Assembly (NCBI GenBank): GCA_964057225.1
Contig: CAXKVF010000073.1
Span: forward strand, 868,001 to 932,000
DNA length: 64,000 bases
From: Auanema rhodensis
Taxonomy: Eukaryota; Animalia; Nematoda
Direction of reading: 5' to 3'
The notes below the pieces were generated by a model that saw nothing but the letters and a program-made list of their open reading frames with translations, was not told where the DNA came from and searched no databases. The position numbers were made by a program, and so were the translations under genes. Below, piece after piece: positions 1 to 15,000 of this stretch (position 1 is its first letter; each line of letters starts with the position of its first letter).

Positions 1-3000
1 TCTTTATCTTTCACGTGAAGCGAGTTACATACCAAGTGCACATCACGTATACATTTAATTAGCATAAATTAAAGTTCACGTAAATTTCAAAGTCATGGTT
101 ACCATGAACCAATATCAATAAAAATTTGTTTTTAGACTAATATGGACATGGGGAATCTAATTTTGAAAACCGCATCTCTTTATCTTTCACGTGAAGCGAG
201 TTACATACCAAGTGCACATCACGTGTACATTTAATTAGCATAAATTAAAGTTCACGTAAATTTCAAAGTCATGGTTACCATGCACCAATATCAATAAAAA
301 TTTGTTTTTAGACTAATATGGACATGGGGAATCTAATTTTGAAAACCGCATCTCTTTATCTTTCACGTGAAGCGAGTTACATACCAAGTGCACATCACGT
401 GTACATTTAATTAGCATAAATTAAAGTTCACGTAAATTTCAAAGTCATGGTTACCATGCACCAATATCAATAAAAATTTGTTTTTAGACTAATATGGACA
501 TGGGGAATCTAATTTTGAAAACCGCATCTCTTCATCTTTCACGTGAAGCGAGTTACATACCAAGTGCACATCACGTGTACATTTAATTAGCATAAATTAA
601 AGTTCACGTAAATTTCAAAGTCATGGTTACCATGAACCAATATCAATAAAAATTTGTTTTTCGACTAATATGGACATGGGGAATCTAATTTTGAAAACCG
701 CATCTCTTTATCTTTCACGTGAAGCGAGTTACATACCAAGTGCACATCACGTGTACATTTAATTAGCATAAATTAAAGTTCACGTAAATTTCAAAGTCAT
801 GGTTACCATGCACCAATATCAATAAAAATTTGTTTTTAAACTAATATGGACATGGGGAATCTAATTTTGAAAACCGCATCTCTTTATCTTTCACGTGAAG
901 CGAGTTACATACCAAGTGCACATCACGTGTACATTTAATTAGCATAAATTAAAGTTCACGTAACTTTCAAAGTCATGGTTACCATGCACCAATATCAATA
1001 AAAATTTGTTTTTAGACTAATATGGACATGGGGAATCTAATTTTGAAAACCGCATCTCTTTATCTTTCACGTGAAGCGAGCTACATACTAAGTGCACATC
1101 ACGTGTACATTTAATTAGCATAAATTAAAGTTCACGTAAATTTCAAAGTCATGGTTACCATGAACCAATATCAATAAAAATTTGTTTTTAGACTAATATG
1201 GACATGGGGAATCTAATTTTGAAAACCGCATCTCTTTATCTTTCACGTGAAGCGAGTTACATACCAAGTGCACATCACGTGTACATTTAATTAGCATAAA
1301 TTAAAGTTCACGTAAATTTCAAAGTCATGGTTACCATGCACCAATATCAATAAAAATTTGTTTTTAGACTAATATGGACATGGGGAATCTAATTTTGAAA
1401 ACCGCATCTCTTTATCTTTCACGTGAAGCGAGTTACATACCAAGTGCACATCACGTGTACATTTAATTAGCATAAATTAAAGTTCACGTAAATTTCAAAG
1501 TCATGGTTACCATGCACCAATATCAATAAAAATTTGTTTTTAAACTAATATGGACATGGGGAATCTAATTTTGAAAACCGCATCTCTTTATCTTTCACGT
1601 GAAGCGAGTTACATACCAAGTGCACATCACGTGTACATTTAATTAGCATAAATTAAAGTTCACGTAAATTTCAAAGTCATGGTTACCATGAACCAATATC
1701 AATAAAAATTTGTTTTTAAACTAATATGGACATGGGGAATCTAATTTTGTAAACCGCATCTCTTTATCTTTCACGTGAAGCGAGTTACATACCAAGTGCA
1801 CATCACGTGTACATTTAATTAGCATAAATTAAAGTTCACGTAAATTTCAAAGTCATGGTTACCATGAACCAATATCAATAAAAATTTGTTTTTAGACTAA
1901 TATGGACATGGGGAATCTAATTTTGAAAACCGCATCTCTTTATCTTTCACGTGAAGCGAGTTACATACCAAGTGCCCATCACGTGTACATTTAATTAGCA
2001 TAAATTAAAGTTCACGTAAATTTCAAAGTCATGGTTACCATGCACCAATATCAATAAAAATTTGTTTCTAAACTAATATGGATATGGGGAATCTAATTTT
2101 GAAAACCGCATCTCTTTATCTTTCACGTGAAGCGAGTTACATACCAAGTGCACATCACGTGTACATTTAATTAGCATAAATTAAAGTTCACGTAAATTTC
2201 AAAGTCATGGTTACCATGCACCAATATCGATAAAAATTTGTTTTTAGACTAATATGGACATGGGGAATCTAATTTTGAAAACCGCATCTCTTTATCTTTC
2301 ACGTGAAGCGAGTTACATACCAAGTGCACATCACGTGTACATTTAATTAGCATAAATTAAAGTTCACGTAAATTTCAAAGTCATGGTTACCATGAACCAA
2401 TATCAATAAAAATTTGTTTTTAGACTAATATGGACATGGGGAATCTAATTTTGAAAACCGCATCTCTTTATCTTTCACGTGAAGCGAGTTACATACCAAG
2501 TGCCCATCACGTGTACATTTAATTAGCATAAATTAAAGTTCACGTAAATTTCAAAGTCATGGTTACCATGAACCAATATCAATAAAAATTTGTTTTTAAA
2601 CTAATATGGACATGGGGAATCTAATTTTGTAAACCGCATCTCTTTATCTTTCACGTGAAGCGAGTTACATACCAAGTGCACATCACGTGTACATTTAATT
2701 AGCATAAATTAAAGTTCACGTAAATTTCAAAGTCATGGTTACCATGAACCAATATCAATAAAAATTTGTTTTTAGACTAATATGGACATGGGGAATCTAA
2801 TTTTGAAAACCGCATCTCTTTATCTTTCACGTTAAGCGAGTTACATACCAAGTGCCCATCACGTGTACATTTAATTAGCATAAATTAAAGTTCACGTAAA
2901 TTTCAAAGTCATGGTTACCATGCACCAATATCAATAAAAATTTGTTTCTAAACTAATATGGATATGGGGAATCTAATTTTGAAAACCGCATCTCTTTATC

Positions 3001-6000
3001 TTTCACGTGAAGCGAGTTACATACCAAGTGCACATCACGTGTACATTTAATTAGCATAAATTAAAGTTCACGTAAATTTCAAAGTCATGGTTACCATGCA
3101 CCAATATCGATAAAAATTTGTTTTTAGACTAATATGGACATGGGGAATCTAATTTTGAAAACCGCATCTCTTTATCTTTCACGTGAAGCGAGTTACATAC
3201 CAAGTGCACATCACGTGTACATTTAATCAGCATAAATTAAAGTTCACGTAAATTTCAAAGTCATGGTTACCATGAACCAATATCAATAAAAATTTGTTTT
3301 TAGACTAATATGGACATGGGGAATCTAATTTTGAAAACCGCATCTCTTTATCTTTCACGTGAAGCGAGTTACATACCAAGTGCACATCACGTGTACATTT
3401 AATTAGCATAAATTAAAGTTCACGTAAATTTCAAAGTCATGGTTACCATGAACCAATATCAATAAAAATTTGTTTTTAGACTAATATGGACATGGGGAAT
3501 CTAATTTTGAAAACCGCATCTCTTTATCTTTCACGTGAAGCGAGTTACATACCAAGTGCCCATCACGTGTACATTTAATTAGCATAAATTAAAGTTCACG
3601 TAAATTTCAAAGTCATGGTTACCATGCACCAATATCAATAAAAATTTGTTTTTAGACTAATATGGACATGGGGAATCTAATTTTGAAAACCGCATCTCGT
3701 TATCTTTCACGTGAAGCGAGTTACATACCAAGTGCACATCACGTGTACATTTAATTAGCATAAATTAAAGTTCACGTAAATTTCAAAGTCATGGTTACCA
3801 TGCACCAATATCAATAAAAATTTGTTTTTAGACTAATATGGACATGGGGAATCTAATTTTGAAAACCGCATCTCTTTATCTTTCACGTGAAGCGAGTTAC
3901 ATACCAAGTGCACATCACGTGTACATTTAATTAGCATAAATTAAAGTTCACGTAAGTTTCAAAGTCATGGTTACCATGCACCAATATCAATAAAAATTTG
4001 TTTTTAGACTAATATGGACATGGGGAATCTAATTTTGAAAACCGCATCTCTTTATCTTTCACGTGAAGCGAGTTACATACCAAGTGCACATCACGTGTAC
4101 ATTTAATTAGCATAAATTAAAGTTCACGTAAATTTCAAAGTCATGGTTACCATGAACCAATATCAATAAAAATTTGTTTTTAGACTAATATGGACATGGG
4201 GAATCTAATTTTGAAAACCGCATCTCTTTATCTTTCACGTGAAGCGAGTTACATACCAAGTGCACATCACGTGTACATTTAATTAGCATAAATTAAAGTT
4301 CACGTAAATTTCAAAGTCATGGTTACCATGCACCAATATCAATAAAAATTTGTTTTTAAACTAATATGGATATGGGGAATCTAATTTTGAAAACCGCATC
4401 TCTTTATCTTTCACGTGAAGCGAGTTACATACCAAGTGCACATCACGTGTACATTTAATTAGCATAAATTAAAGTTCACGTAAATTTCAAAGTCATGGTT
4501 ACCATGCACCAATATCGATAAAAATTTGTTTTTAGACTAATATGGACATGGGGAATCTAATTTTGAAAACCGCATCTCTTTATCTTTCACGTGAAGCGAG
4601 TTACATACCAAGTGCACATCACGTGTACATTTAATTAGCATAAATTAAAGTTCACGTAAATTTCAAAGTCATGGTTACCATGAACCAATATCAATAAAAA
4701 TTTGTTTTTAGACTAATATGGACATGGGGAATCTAATTTTGAAAACCGCATCTCTTTATCTTTCACGTGAAGCGAGTTACATACCAAGTGCACATCACGT
4801 GTACATTTAATTAGCATAAATTAAAGTTCACGTAAATTTCAAAGTCATGGTTACCATGAACCAATATCAATAAAAATTTGTTTTTAGACTAATATGGACA
4901 TGGGGAATCTAATTTTGAAAACCGCATCTCTTTATCTTTCACGTGAAGCGAGTTACCTACCAAGTGCCCATCACGTGTACATTTAATTAGCATAAATTAA
5001 AGTTCACGTAAATTTCAAAGTCATGGTTACCATGCACCAATATCAATAAAAATTTGTTTTTAGACTAATATGGACATGGGGAATCTAATTTTAAAAACCG
5101 CATCTCGTTATCTTTCACGTGAAGCGAGTTACATACCAAGTGCACATCACGTGTACATTTAATTAGCATAAATTAAAGTTCACGTAAATTTCAAAGTCAT
5201 GGTTACCATGCACCAATATCAATAAAAATTTGTTTTTAGACTAATATGGACATGGGGAATCTAATTTTGAAAACCGCATCTCTTTATCTTTCACGTGAAG
5301 CGAGTTACATACCAAGTGCACATCACGTGTACATTTAATTAGCATAAATTAAAGTTCACGTAAATTTCAAAGTCATGGTTACCATGCACCAATATCAATA
5401 AAAATTTGTTTTTAAACTAATATGGATATGGGGAATCTAATTTTGAAAACCGCATCTCTTTATCTTTCACGTGAAGCGAGTTACATACCAAGTGCACATC
5501 ACGTGTACATTTAATTAGCATAAATTAAAGTTCACGTAAATTTCAAAGTCATGGTTACCATGCACCAATATCGATAAAAATTTGTTTTTAGACTAATATG
5601 GACATGGGGAATCTAATTTTGAAAACCGCATCTCTTTATCTTTCACGTGAAGCGAGTTACATACCAAGTGCACATCACGTGTACATTTAATTAGCATAAA
5701 TTAAAGTTCACGTAAATTTCAAAGTCATGGTTACCATGAACCAATATCAATAAAAATTTGTTTTTAGACTAATATGGACATGGGGAATCTAATTTTGAAA
5801 ACCGCATCTCTTTATCTTTCACGTGAAGCGAGTTACCTACCAAGTGCCCATCACGTGTACATTTAATTAGCATAAATTAAAGTTCACGTAAATTTCAAAG
5901 TCATGGTTACCATGCACCAATATCAATAAAAATTTGTTTTTAGACTAATATGGACATGGGGAATCTAATTTTAAAAACCGCATCTCGTTATCTTTCACGT

Positions 6001-9000
6001 GAAGCGAGTTACATACCAAGTGCACATCACGTGTACATTTAATTAGCATAAATTAAAGTTCACGTAAATTTCAAAGTCATGGTTACCATGCACCAATATC
6101 AATAAAAATTTGTTTTTAGACTAATATGGACATGGGGAATCTAATTTTGAAAACCGCATCTCTTTATCTTTCACGTGAAGCGAGTTACATACCAAGTGCA
6201 CATCACGTGTACATTTAATTAGCATAAATTAAAGTTCACGTAAATTTCAAAGTCATGGTTACCATGCACCAATATCAATAAAAATTTGTTTTTAAACTAA
6301 TATGGATATGGGGAATCTAATTTTGAAAACCGCATCTCTTTATCTTTCACGTGAAGCGAGTTACATACCAAGTGCACATCACGTGTACATTTAATTAGCA
6401 TAAATTAAAGTTCACGTAAATTTCAAAGTCATGGTTACCATGCACCAATATCGATAAAAATTTGTTTTTAGACTAATATGGACATGGGGAATCTAATTTT
6501 GAAAACCGCATCTCTTTATCTTTCACGTGAAGCGAGTTACATACCAAGTGCACATCACGTGTACATTTAATTAGCATAAATTAAAGTTCACGTAAATTTC
6601 AAAGTCATGGTTACCATGAACCAATATCAATAAAAATTTGTTTTTAGACTAATATGGACATGGGGAATCTAATTTTGAAAACCGCATCTCTTTATCTTTC
6701 ACGTGAAGCGAGTTACATACCAAGTGCCCATCACGTGTACATTTAATTAGCATAAATTAAAGTTCACGTAAATTTCAAAGTCATGGTTACCATGCACCAA
6801 TATCAATAAAAATTTGTTTTTAGACTAATATGGACATGGGGAATCTAATTTTGAAAACCGCATCTCTTTATCTTTCACGTGAAGCGAGTTACATACCAAG
6901 TGCCCATCACGTGTACATTTAATTAGCATAAATTAAAGTTCACGTAAATTTTAAAGTCATGGTTACCATGCACCAATATCAATAAAAATTTGTTTTTAGA
7001 CTAATATGGACATGGGGAATCTAATTTTGAAAACCGCATCTCGTTATCTTTCACGTGAAGCGAGTTACATACCAAGTGCACATCACGTGTACATTTAATT
7101 AGCATAAATTAAAGTTCACGTAAATTTCAAAGTCATGGTTACCATGCACCAATATCAATAAAAATTTGTTTTTAGACTAATATGGACATGGGGAATCTAA
7201 TTTTGAAAACCGCATCTCTTTATCTTTCACGTGAAGCGAGTTACATACCAAGTGCACATCACGTGTACATTTAATTAGCATAAATTAAAGTTCACGTAAA
7301 TTTCAAAGTCATGGTTACCATGCACCAATATCAATAAAAATTTGTTTTTAAACTAATATGGATATGGGGAATCTAATTTTGAAAACCGCATCTCTTTATC
7401 TTTCACGTGAAGCGAGTTACATACCAAGTGCACATCACGTGTACATTTAATTAGCATAAATTAAAGTTCACGTAAATTTCAAAGTCATGGTTACCATGCA
7501 CCAATATCGATAAAAATTTGTTTTTAGACTAATATGGACATGGGGAATCTAATTTTGAAAACCGCATCTCTTTATCTTTCACGTGAAGCGAGTTACATAC
7601 CAAGTGCACATCACGTGTACATTTAATTAGCATAAATTAAAGTTCACGTAAATTTCAAAGTCATGGTTACCATGAACCAATATCAATAAAAATTTGTTTT
7701 TAGACTAATATGGACATGGGGAATCTAATTTTGAAAACCGCATCTCTTTATCTTTCACGTGAAGCGAGTTACATACCAAGTGCACATCACGTGTACATTT
7801 AATTAGCATAAATTAAAGTTCACGTAAATTTCAAAGTCATGGTTACCATGAACCAATATCGATAAAAATTTGTTTTTAGACTAATATGGACATGGGGAAT
7901 CTAATTTTGGAAACCGCATCTCTTTATCTTTCACGTGAAGCGAGTTACATACCAAGTGCACATCACGTGTACATTTAATTAGCATAAATTAAAGTTCACG
8001 TAAATTTCAAAGTCATGGTTACCATGAACCAATATCAATAAAAATTTGTTTTTAGACTAATATGGACATGGGGAATCTAATTTTGAAAACCGCATCTCTT
8101 TATCTTTCACGTGAAGCGAGTTACATACCAAGTGCACATCACGTGTACATTTAATTAGCATAAATTAAAGTTCACGTAAATTTCAAAGTCATGGTTACCA
8201 TGAACCAATATCAATAAAAATTTGTTTTTAGACTAATATGGACATGGGGAATCTAATTTTGAAAACCGCATCTCTTTATCTTTCACGTGAAGCGAGTTAC
8301 ATACCAAGTGCCCATCACGTGTACATTTAATTAGCATAAATTAAAGTTCACGTAAATTTCAAAGTCATGGTTACCATGCACCAATATCAATAAAAATTTG
8401 TTTTTAGACTAATATGGACATGGGGAATCTAATTTTGAAAACCGCATCTCTTTATCTTTCACGTGAAGCGAGTTACATACCAAGTGCCCATCACGTGTAC
8501 ATTTAATTAGCATAAATTAAAGTTCACGTAAATTTTAAAGTCATGGTTACCATGCACCAATATCAATAAAAATTTGTTTTTAGACTAATATGGACATGGG
8601 GAATCTAATTTTGAAAACCGCATCTCGTTATCTTTCACGTGAAGCGAGTTACATACCAAGTGCACATCACGTGTACATTTAATTAGCATAAATTAAAGTT
8701 CACGTAAATTTCAAAGTCATGGTTACCATGCACCAATATCAATAAAAATTTGTTTTTAGACTAATATGGACATGGGGAATCTAATTTTGAAAACCGCATC
8801 TCTTTATCTTTCACGTGAAGCGAGTTACATACCAAGTGCACATCACGTGTACATTTAATTAGCATAAATTAAAGTTCACGTAAATTTCAAAGTCATGGTT
8901 ACCATGCACCAATATCAATAAAAATTTGTTTTTAAACTAATATGGATATGGGGAATCTAATTTTGAAAACCGCATCTCTTTATCTTTCACGTGAAGCGAG

Positions 9001-12000
9001 TTACATACCAAGTGCACATCACGTGTACATTTAATTAGCATAAATTAAAGTTCACGTAAATTTCAAAGTCATGGTTACCATGCACCAATATCGATAAAAA
9101 TTTGTTTTTAGACTAATATGGACATGGGGAATCTAATTTTGAAAACCGCATCTCTTTATCTTTCACGTGAAGCGAGTTACATACCAAGTGCACATCACGT
9201 GTACATTTAATTAGCATAAATTAAAGTTCACGTAAATTTCAAAGTCATGGTTACCATGAACCAATATCAATAAAAATTTGTTTTTAGACTAATATGGACA
9301 TGGGGAATCTAATTTTGAAAACCGCATCTCTTTATCTTTCACGTGAAGCGAGTTACATACCAAGTGCACATCACGTGTACATTTAATTAGCATAAATTAA
9401 AGTTCACGTAAATTTCAAAGTCATGGTTACCATGAACCAATATCGATAAAAATTTGTTTTTAGACTAATATGGACATGGGGAATCTAATTTTGGAAACCG
9501 CATCTCTTTATCTTTCACGTGAAGCGAGTTACATACCAAGTGCACATCACGTGTACATTTAATTAGCATAAATTAAAGTTCACGTAAATTTCAAAGTCAT
9601 GGTTACCATGAACCAATATCAATAAAAATTTGTTTTTAGACTAATATGGACATGGGGAATCTAATTTTGAAAACCGCATCTCTTTATCTTTCACGTGAAG
9701 CGAGTTACATACCAAGTGCACATCACGTGTACATTTAATTAGCATAAATTAAAGTTCACGTAAATTTCAAAGTCATGGTTACCATGAACCAATATCAATA
9801 AAAATTTGTTTTTAGACTAATATGGACATGGGGAATCTAATTTTGAAAACCGCATCTCTTTATCTTTCACGTGAAGCGAGTTACATACCAAGTGCCCATC
9901 ACGTGTACATTTAATTAGCATAAATTAAAGTTCACGTAAATTTCAAAGTCATGGTTACCATGCACCAATATCAATAAAAATTTGTTTTTAGACTAATATG
10001 GACATGGGGAATCTAATTTTGAAAACCGCATCTCGTTATCTTTCACGTGAAGCGAGTTACATACCAAGTGCACATCACGTGTACATTTAATTAGCATAAA
10101 TTAAAGTTCACGTAAATTTCAAAGTCATGGTTACCATGCACCAATATCAATAAAAATTTGTTTTTAGACTAATATGGACATGGGGAATCTAATTTTGAAA
10201 ACCGCATCTCTCTATCTTTCACGTGAAGCGAGTTACATACCAAGTGCACATCACGTGTACATTTAATTAGCATAAATTAAAGTTCACGTAAATTTCAAAG
10301 TCATGGTTACCATGCACCAATATCAATAAAAATTTGTTTTTAGACTAATATGGACATGGGGAATCTAATTTTGAAAACCGCATCTCTTTATCTTTCACGT
10401 GAAGCGAGTTACATACCAAGTGCACATCACGTGTACATTTAATTAGCATAAATTAAAGTTCACGTAAATTTCAAAGTCATGGTTACCATGCACCAATATC
10501 AATAAAAATTTGTTTTTAGACTAATATGGACATGGGGAATCTAATTTTGAAAACCGCATCTCTTTATCTTTCACGTGAAGCGAGTTACATACCAAGTGCA
10601 CATCACGTGTACATTTAATTAGCATAAATTAAAGTTCACGTAAATTTCAAAGTCATGGTTACCATGAACCAATATCAATAAAAATTTGTTTTTAGACTAA
10701 TATGGACATGGGGAATCTAATTTTGAAAACCGCATCTCTTTATCTTTCACGTGAAGCGAGTTACATACCAAGTGCACATCACGTGTACATTTAATTAGCA
10801 TAAATTAAAGTTCACGTAAATTTCAAAGTCATGGTTACCATGAACCAATATCAATAAAAATTTGTTTTTAGACTAATATGGACATGGGGAATCTAATTTT
10901 GAAAACCGCATCTCTTTATCTTTCACGTGAAGCGAGTTACATACCAAGTGCACATCACGTGTACATTTAATTAGCATAAATTAAAGTTCACGTAAATTTC
11001 AAAGTCATGGTTACCATGCACCAATGTCAATAAAAATTTGTTTTTAAACTAATATGGATATGGGGAATCTAATTTTGAAAACCGCATCTCTTTATCTTTC
11101 ACGTGAAGCGAGTTACATACCAAGTGCACATCACGTGTACATTTAATTAGCATAAATTAAAGTTCACGTAAATTTCAAAGTCATGGTTACCATGCACCAA
11201 TATCGATAAAAATTTGTTTTTAGACTAATATGGACATGGGGAATCTAATTTTGAAAACCGCATCTCTTTATCTTTCACGTGAAGCGAGTTACATACCAAG
11301 TGCACATCACGTGTACATTTAATTAGCATAAATTAAAGTTCACGTAAATTTCAAAGTCATGGTTACCATGCACCAATATCAATAAAAATTTGTTTTTAGA
11401 CTAATATGGACATGGGGAATCTAATTTTGAAAACCGCATCTCTTTATCTTTCACGTGAAGCGAGTTACATACCAAGTGCACATCACGTGTACATTTAATT
11501 AGCATAAATTAAAGTTCACGTAAATTTCAAAGTCATGGTTACCATGCACCAATATCAATAAAAATTTGTTTTTAAACTAATATGGATATGGGGAATCTAA
11601 TTTTGAAAACCGCATCTCTTTATCTTTCACGTGAAGCGAGTTACATACCAAGTGCACATCACGTGTACATTTAATTAGCATAAATTAAAGTTCACGTAAA
11701 TTTCAAAGTCATGGTTACCATGCACCAATATCGATAAAAATTTGTTTTTAGACTAATATGGACATGGGGAATCTAATTTTGAAAACCGCATCTCTTTATC
11801 TTTCACGTGAAGCGAGTTACATACCAAGTGCACATCACGTGTACATTTAATTAGCATAAATTAAAGTTCACGTAAATTTCAAAGTCATGGTTACCATGAA
11901 CCAATATCAATAAAAATTTGTTTTTAGACTAATATGGACATGGGGAATCTAATTTTGAAAACCGCATCTCTTTATCTTTCACGTGAAGCGAGTTACATAC

Positions 12001-15000
12001 CAAGTGCACATCACGTGTACATTTAATTAGCATAAATTAAAGTTCACGTAAATTTCAAAGTCATGGTTACCATGAACCAATATCAATAAAAATTTGTTTT
12101 TAGACTAATATGGACATGGGGAATCTAATTTTGAAAACCGCATCTCTTTATCTTTCACGTGAAGCGAGTTACATACCAAGTGCACATCACGTGTACATTT
12201 AATTAGCATAAATTAAAGTTCACGTAAATTTCAAAGTCATGGTTACCATGCACCAATGTCAATAAAAATTTGTTTTTAAACTAATATGGATATGGGGAAT
12301 CTAATTTTGAAAACCGCATCTCTTTATCTTTCACGTGAAGCGAGTTACATACCAAGTGCACATCACGTGTACATTTAATTAGCATAAATTAAAGTTCACG
12401 TAAATTTCAAAGTCATGGTTACCATGCACCAATATCGATAAAAATTTGTTTTTAGACTAATATGGACATGGGGAATCTAATTTTGAAAACCGCATCTCTT
12501 TATCTTTCACGTGAAGCGAGTTACATACCAAGTGCACATCACGTGTACATTTAATTAGCATAAATTAAAGTTCACGTAAATTTCAAAGTCATGGTTACCA
12601 TGCACCAATATCAATAAAAATTTGTTTTTAGACTAATATGGACATGGGGAATCTAATTTTGAAAACCGCATCTCTTTATCTTTCACGTGAAGCGAGTTAC
12701 ATACCAAGTGCACATCACGTGTACATTTAATTAGCATAAATTAAAGTTCACGTAAATTTCAAAGTCATGGTTACCATGCACCAATATCAATAAAAATTTG
12801 TTTTTAAACTAATATGGATATGGGGAATCTAATTTTGAAAACCGCATCTCTTTATCTTTCACGTGAAGCGAGTTACATACCAAGTGCACATCACGTGTAC
12901 ATTTAATTAGCATAAATTAAAGTTCACGTAAATTTCAAAGTCATGGTTACCATGCACCAATATCGATAAAAATTTGTTTTTAGACTAATATGGACATGGG
13001 GAATCTAATTTTGAAAACCGCATCTCTTTATCTTTCACGTGAAGCGAGTTACATACCAAGTGCACATCACGTGTACATTTAATTAGCATAAATTAAAGTT
13101 CACGTAAATTTCAAAGTCATGGTTACCATGAACCAATATCAATAAAAATTTGTTTTTAGACTAATATGGACATGGGGAATCTAATTTTGAAAACCGCATC
13201 TCTTTATCTTTCACGTGAAGCGAGTTACATACCAAGTGCCCATCACGTGTACATTTAATTAGCATAAATTAAAGTTCACGTAAATTTCAAAGTCATGGTT
13301 ACCATGCACCAATATCAATAAAAATTTGTTTTTAGACTAATATGGACATGGGGAATCTAATTTTGAAAACCGCATCTCTTTATCTTTCACGTGAAGCGAG
13401 TTACATACCAAGTGCACATCACGTGTACATTTAATTAGCATAAATTAAAGTTCACGTAAATTTCAAAGTCATGGTTACCATGCACCAATATCAATAAAAA
13501 TTTGTTTTTAAACTAATATGGATATGGGGAATCTAATTTTGAAAACCGCATCTCTTTATCTTTCACGTGAAGCGAGTTACATACCAAGTGCACATCACGT
13601 GTACATTTAATTAGCATAAATTAAAGTTCACGTAAATTTCAAAGTCATGGTTACCATGCACCAATATCGATAAAAATTTGTTTTTAGACTAATATGGACA
13701 TGGGGAATCTAATTTTGAAAACCGCATCTCTTTATCTTTCACGTGAAGCGAGTTACATACCAAGTGCACATCACGTGTACATTTAATTAGCATAAATTAA
13801 AGTTCACGTAAATTTCAAAGTCATGGTTACCATGAACCAATATCAATAAAAATTTGTTTTTAGACTAATATGGACATGGGGAATCTAATTTTGAAAACCG
13901 CATCTCTTTATCTTTCACGTGAAGCGAGTTACATACCAAGTGCACATCACGTGTACATTTAATTAGCATAAATTAAAGTTCACGTAAATTTCAAAGTCAT
14001 GGTTACCATGAACCAATATCGATAAAAATTTGTTTTTAGACTAATATGGACATGGGGAATCTAATTTTGGAAACCGCATCTCTTTATCTTTCACGTGAAG
14101 CGAGTTACATACCAAGTGCACATCACGTGTACATTTAATTAGCATAAATTAAAGTTCACGTAAATTTCAAAGTCATGGTTACCATGAACCAATATCAATA
14201 AAAATTTGTTTTTAGACTAATATGGACATGGGGAATCTAATTTTGAAAACCGCATCTCTTTATCTTTCACGTGAAGCGAGTTACATACCAAGTGCACATC
14301 ACGTGTACATTTAATTAGCATAAATTAAAGTTCACGTAAATTTCAAAGTCATGGTTACCATGAACCAATATCAATAAAAATTTGTTTTTAGACTAATATG
14401 GACATGGGGAATCTAATTTTGAAAACCGCATCTCTTTATCTTTCACGTGAAGCGAGTTACATACCAAGTGCCCATCACGTGTACATTTAATTAGCATAAA
14501 TTAAAGTTCACGTAAATTTCAAAGTCATGGTTACCATGCACCAATATCAATAAAAATTTGTTTTTAGACTAATATGGACATGGGGAATCTAATTTTGAAA
14601 ACCGCATCTCGTTATCTTTCACGTGAAGCGAGTTACATACCAAGTGCACATCACGTGTACATTTAATTAGCATAAATTAAAGTTCACGTAAATTTCAAAG
14701 TCATGGTTACCATGCACCAATATCAATAAAAATTTGTTTTTAGACTAATATGGACATGGGGAATCTAATTTTGAAAACCGCATCTCTCTATCTTTCACGT
14801 GAAGCGAGTTACATACCAAGTGCACATCACGTGTACATTTAATTAGCATAAATTAAAGTTCACGTAAATTTCAAAGTCATGGTTACCATGCACCAATATC
14901 AATAAAAATTTGTTTTTAGACTAATATGGACATGGGGAATCTAATTTTGAAAACCGCATCTCTTTATCTTTCACGTGAAGCGAGTTACATACCAAGTGCA

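Noticed and set aside
1-176. Identification as a known satellite (alpha satellite, CEN178/180, CentO, 5S rDNA)
   Set aside because: Similar length only. I recognise no sequence similarity, no CENP-B box and no 5S coding sequence.
218-352. Yeast-type point centromere (CDEI-CDEII-CDEIII)
   Set aside because: Only the 8-bp CDEI-like motif matches. The following DNA is not >90% AT, there is no CDEIII consensus, and the context is a tandem satellite.
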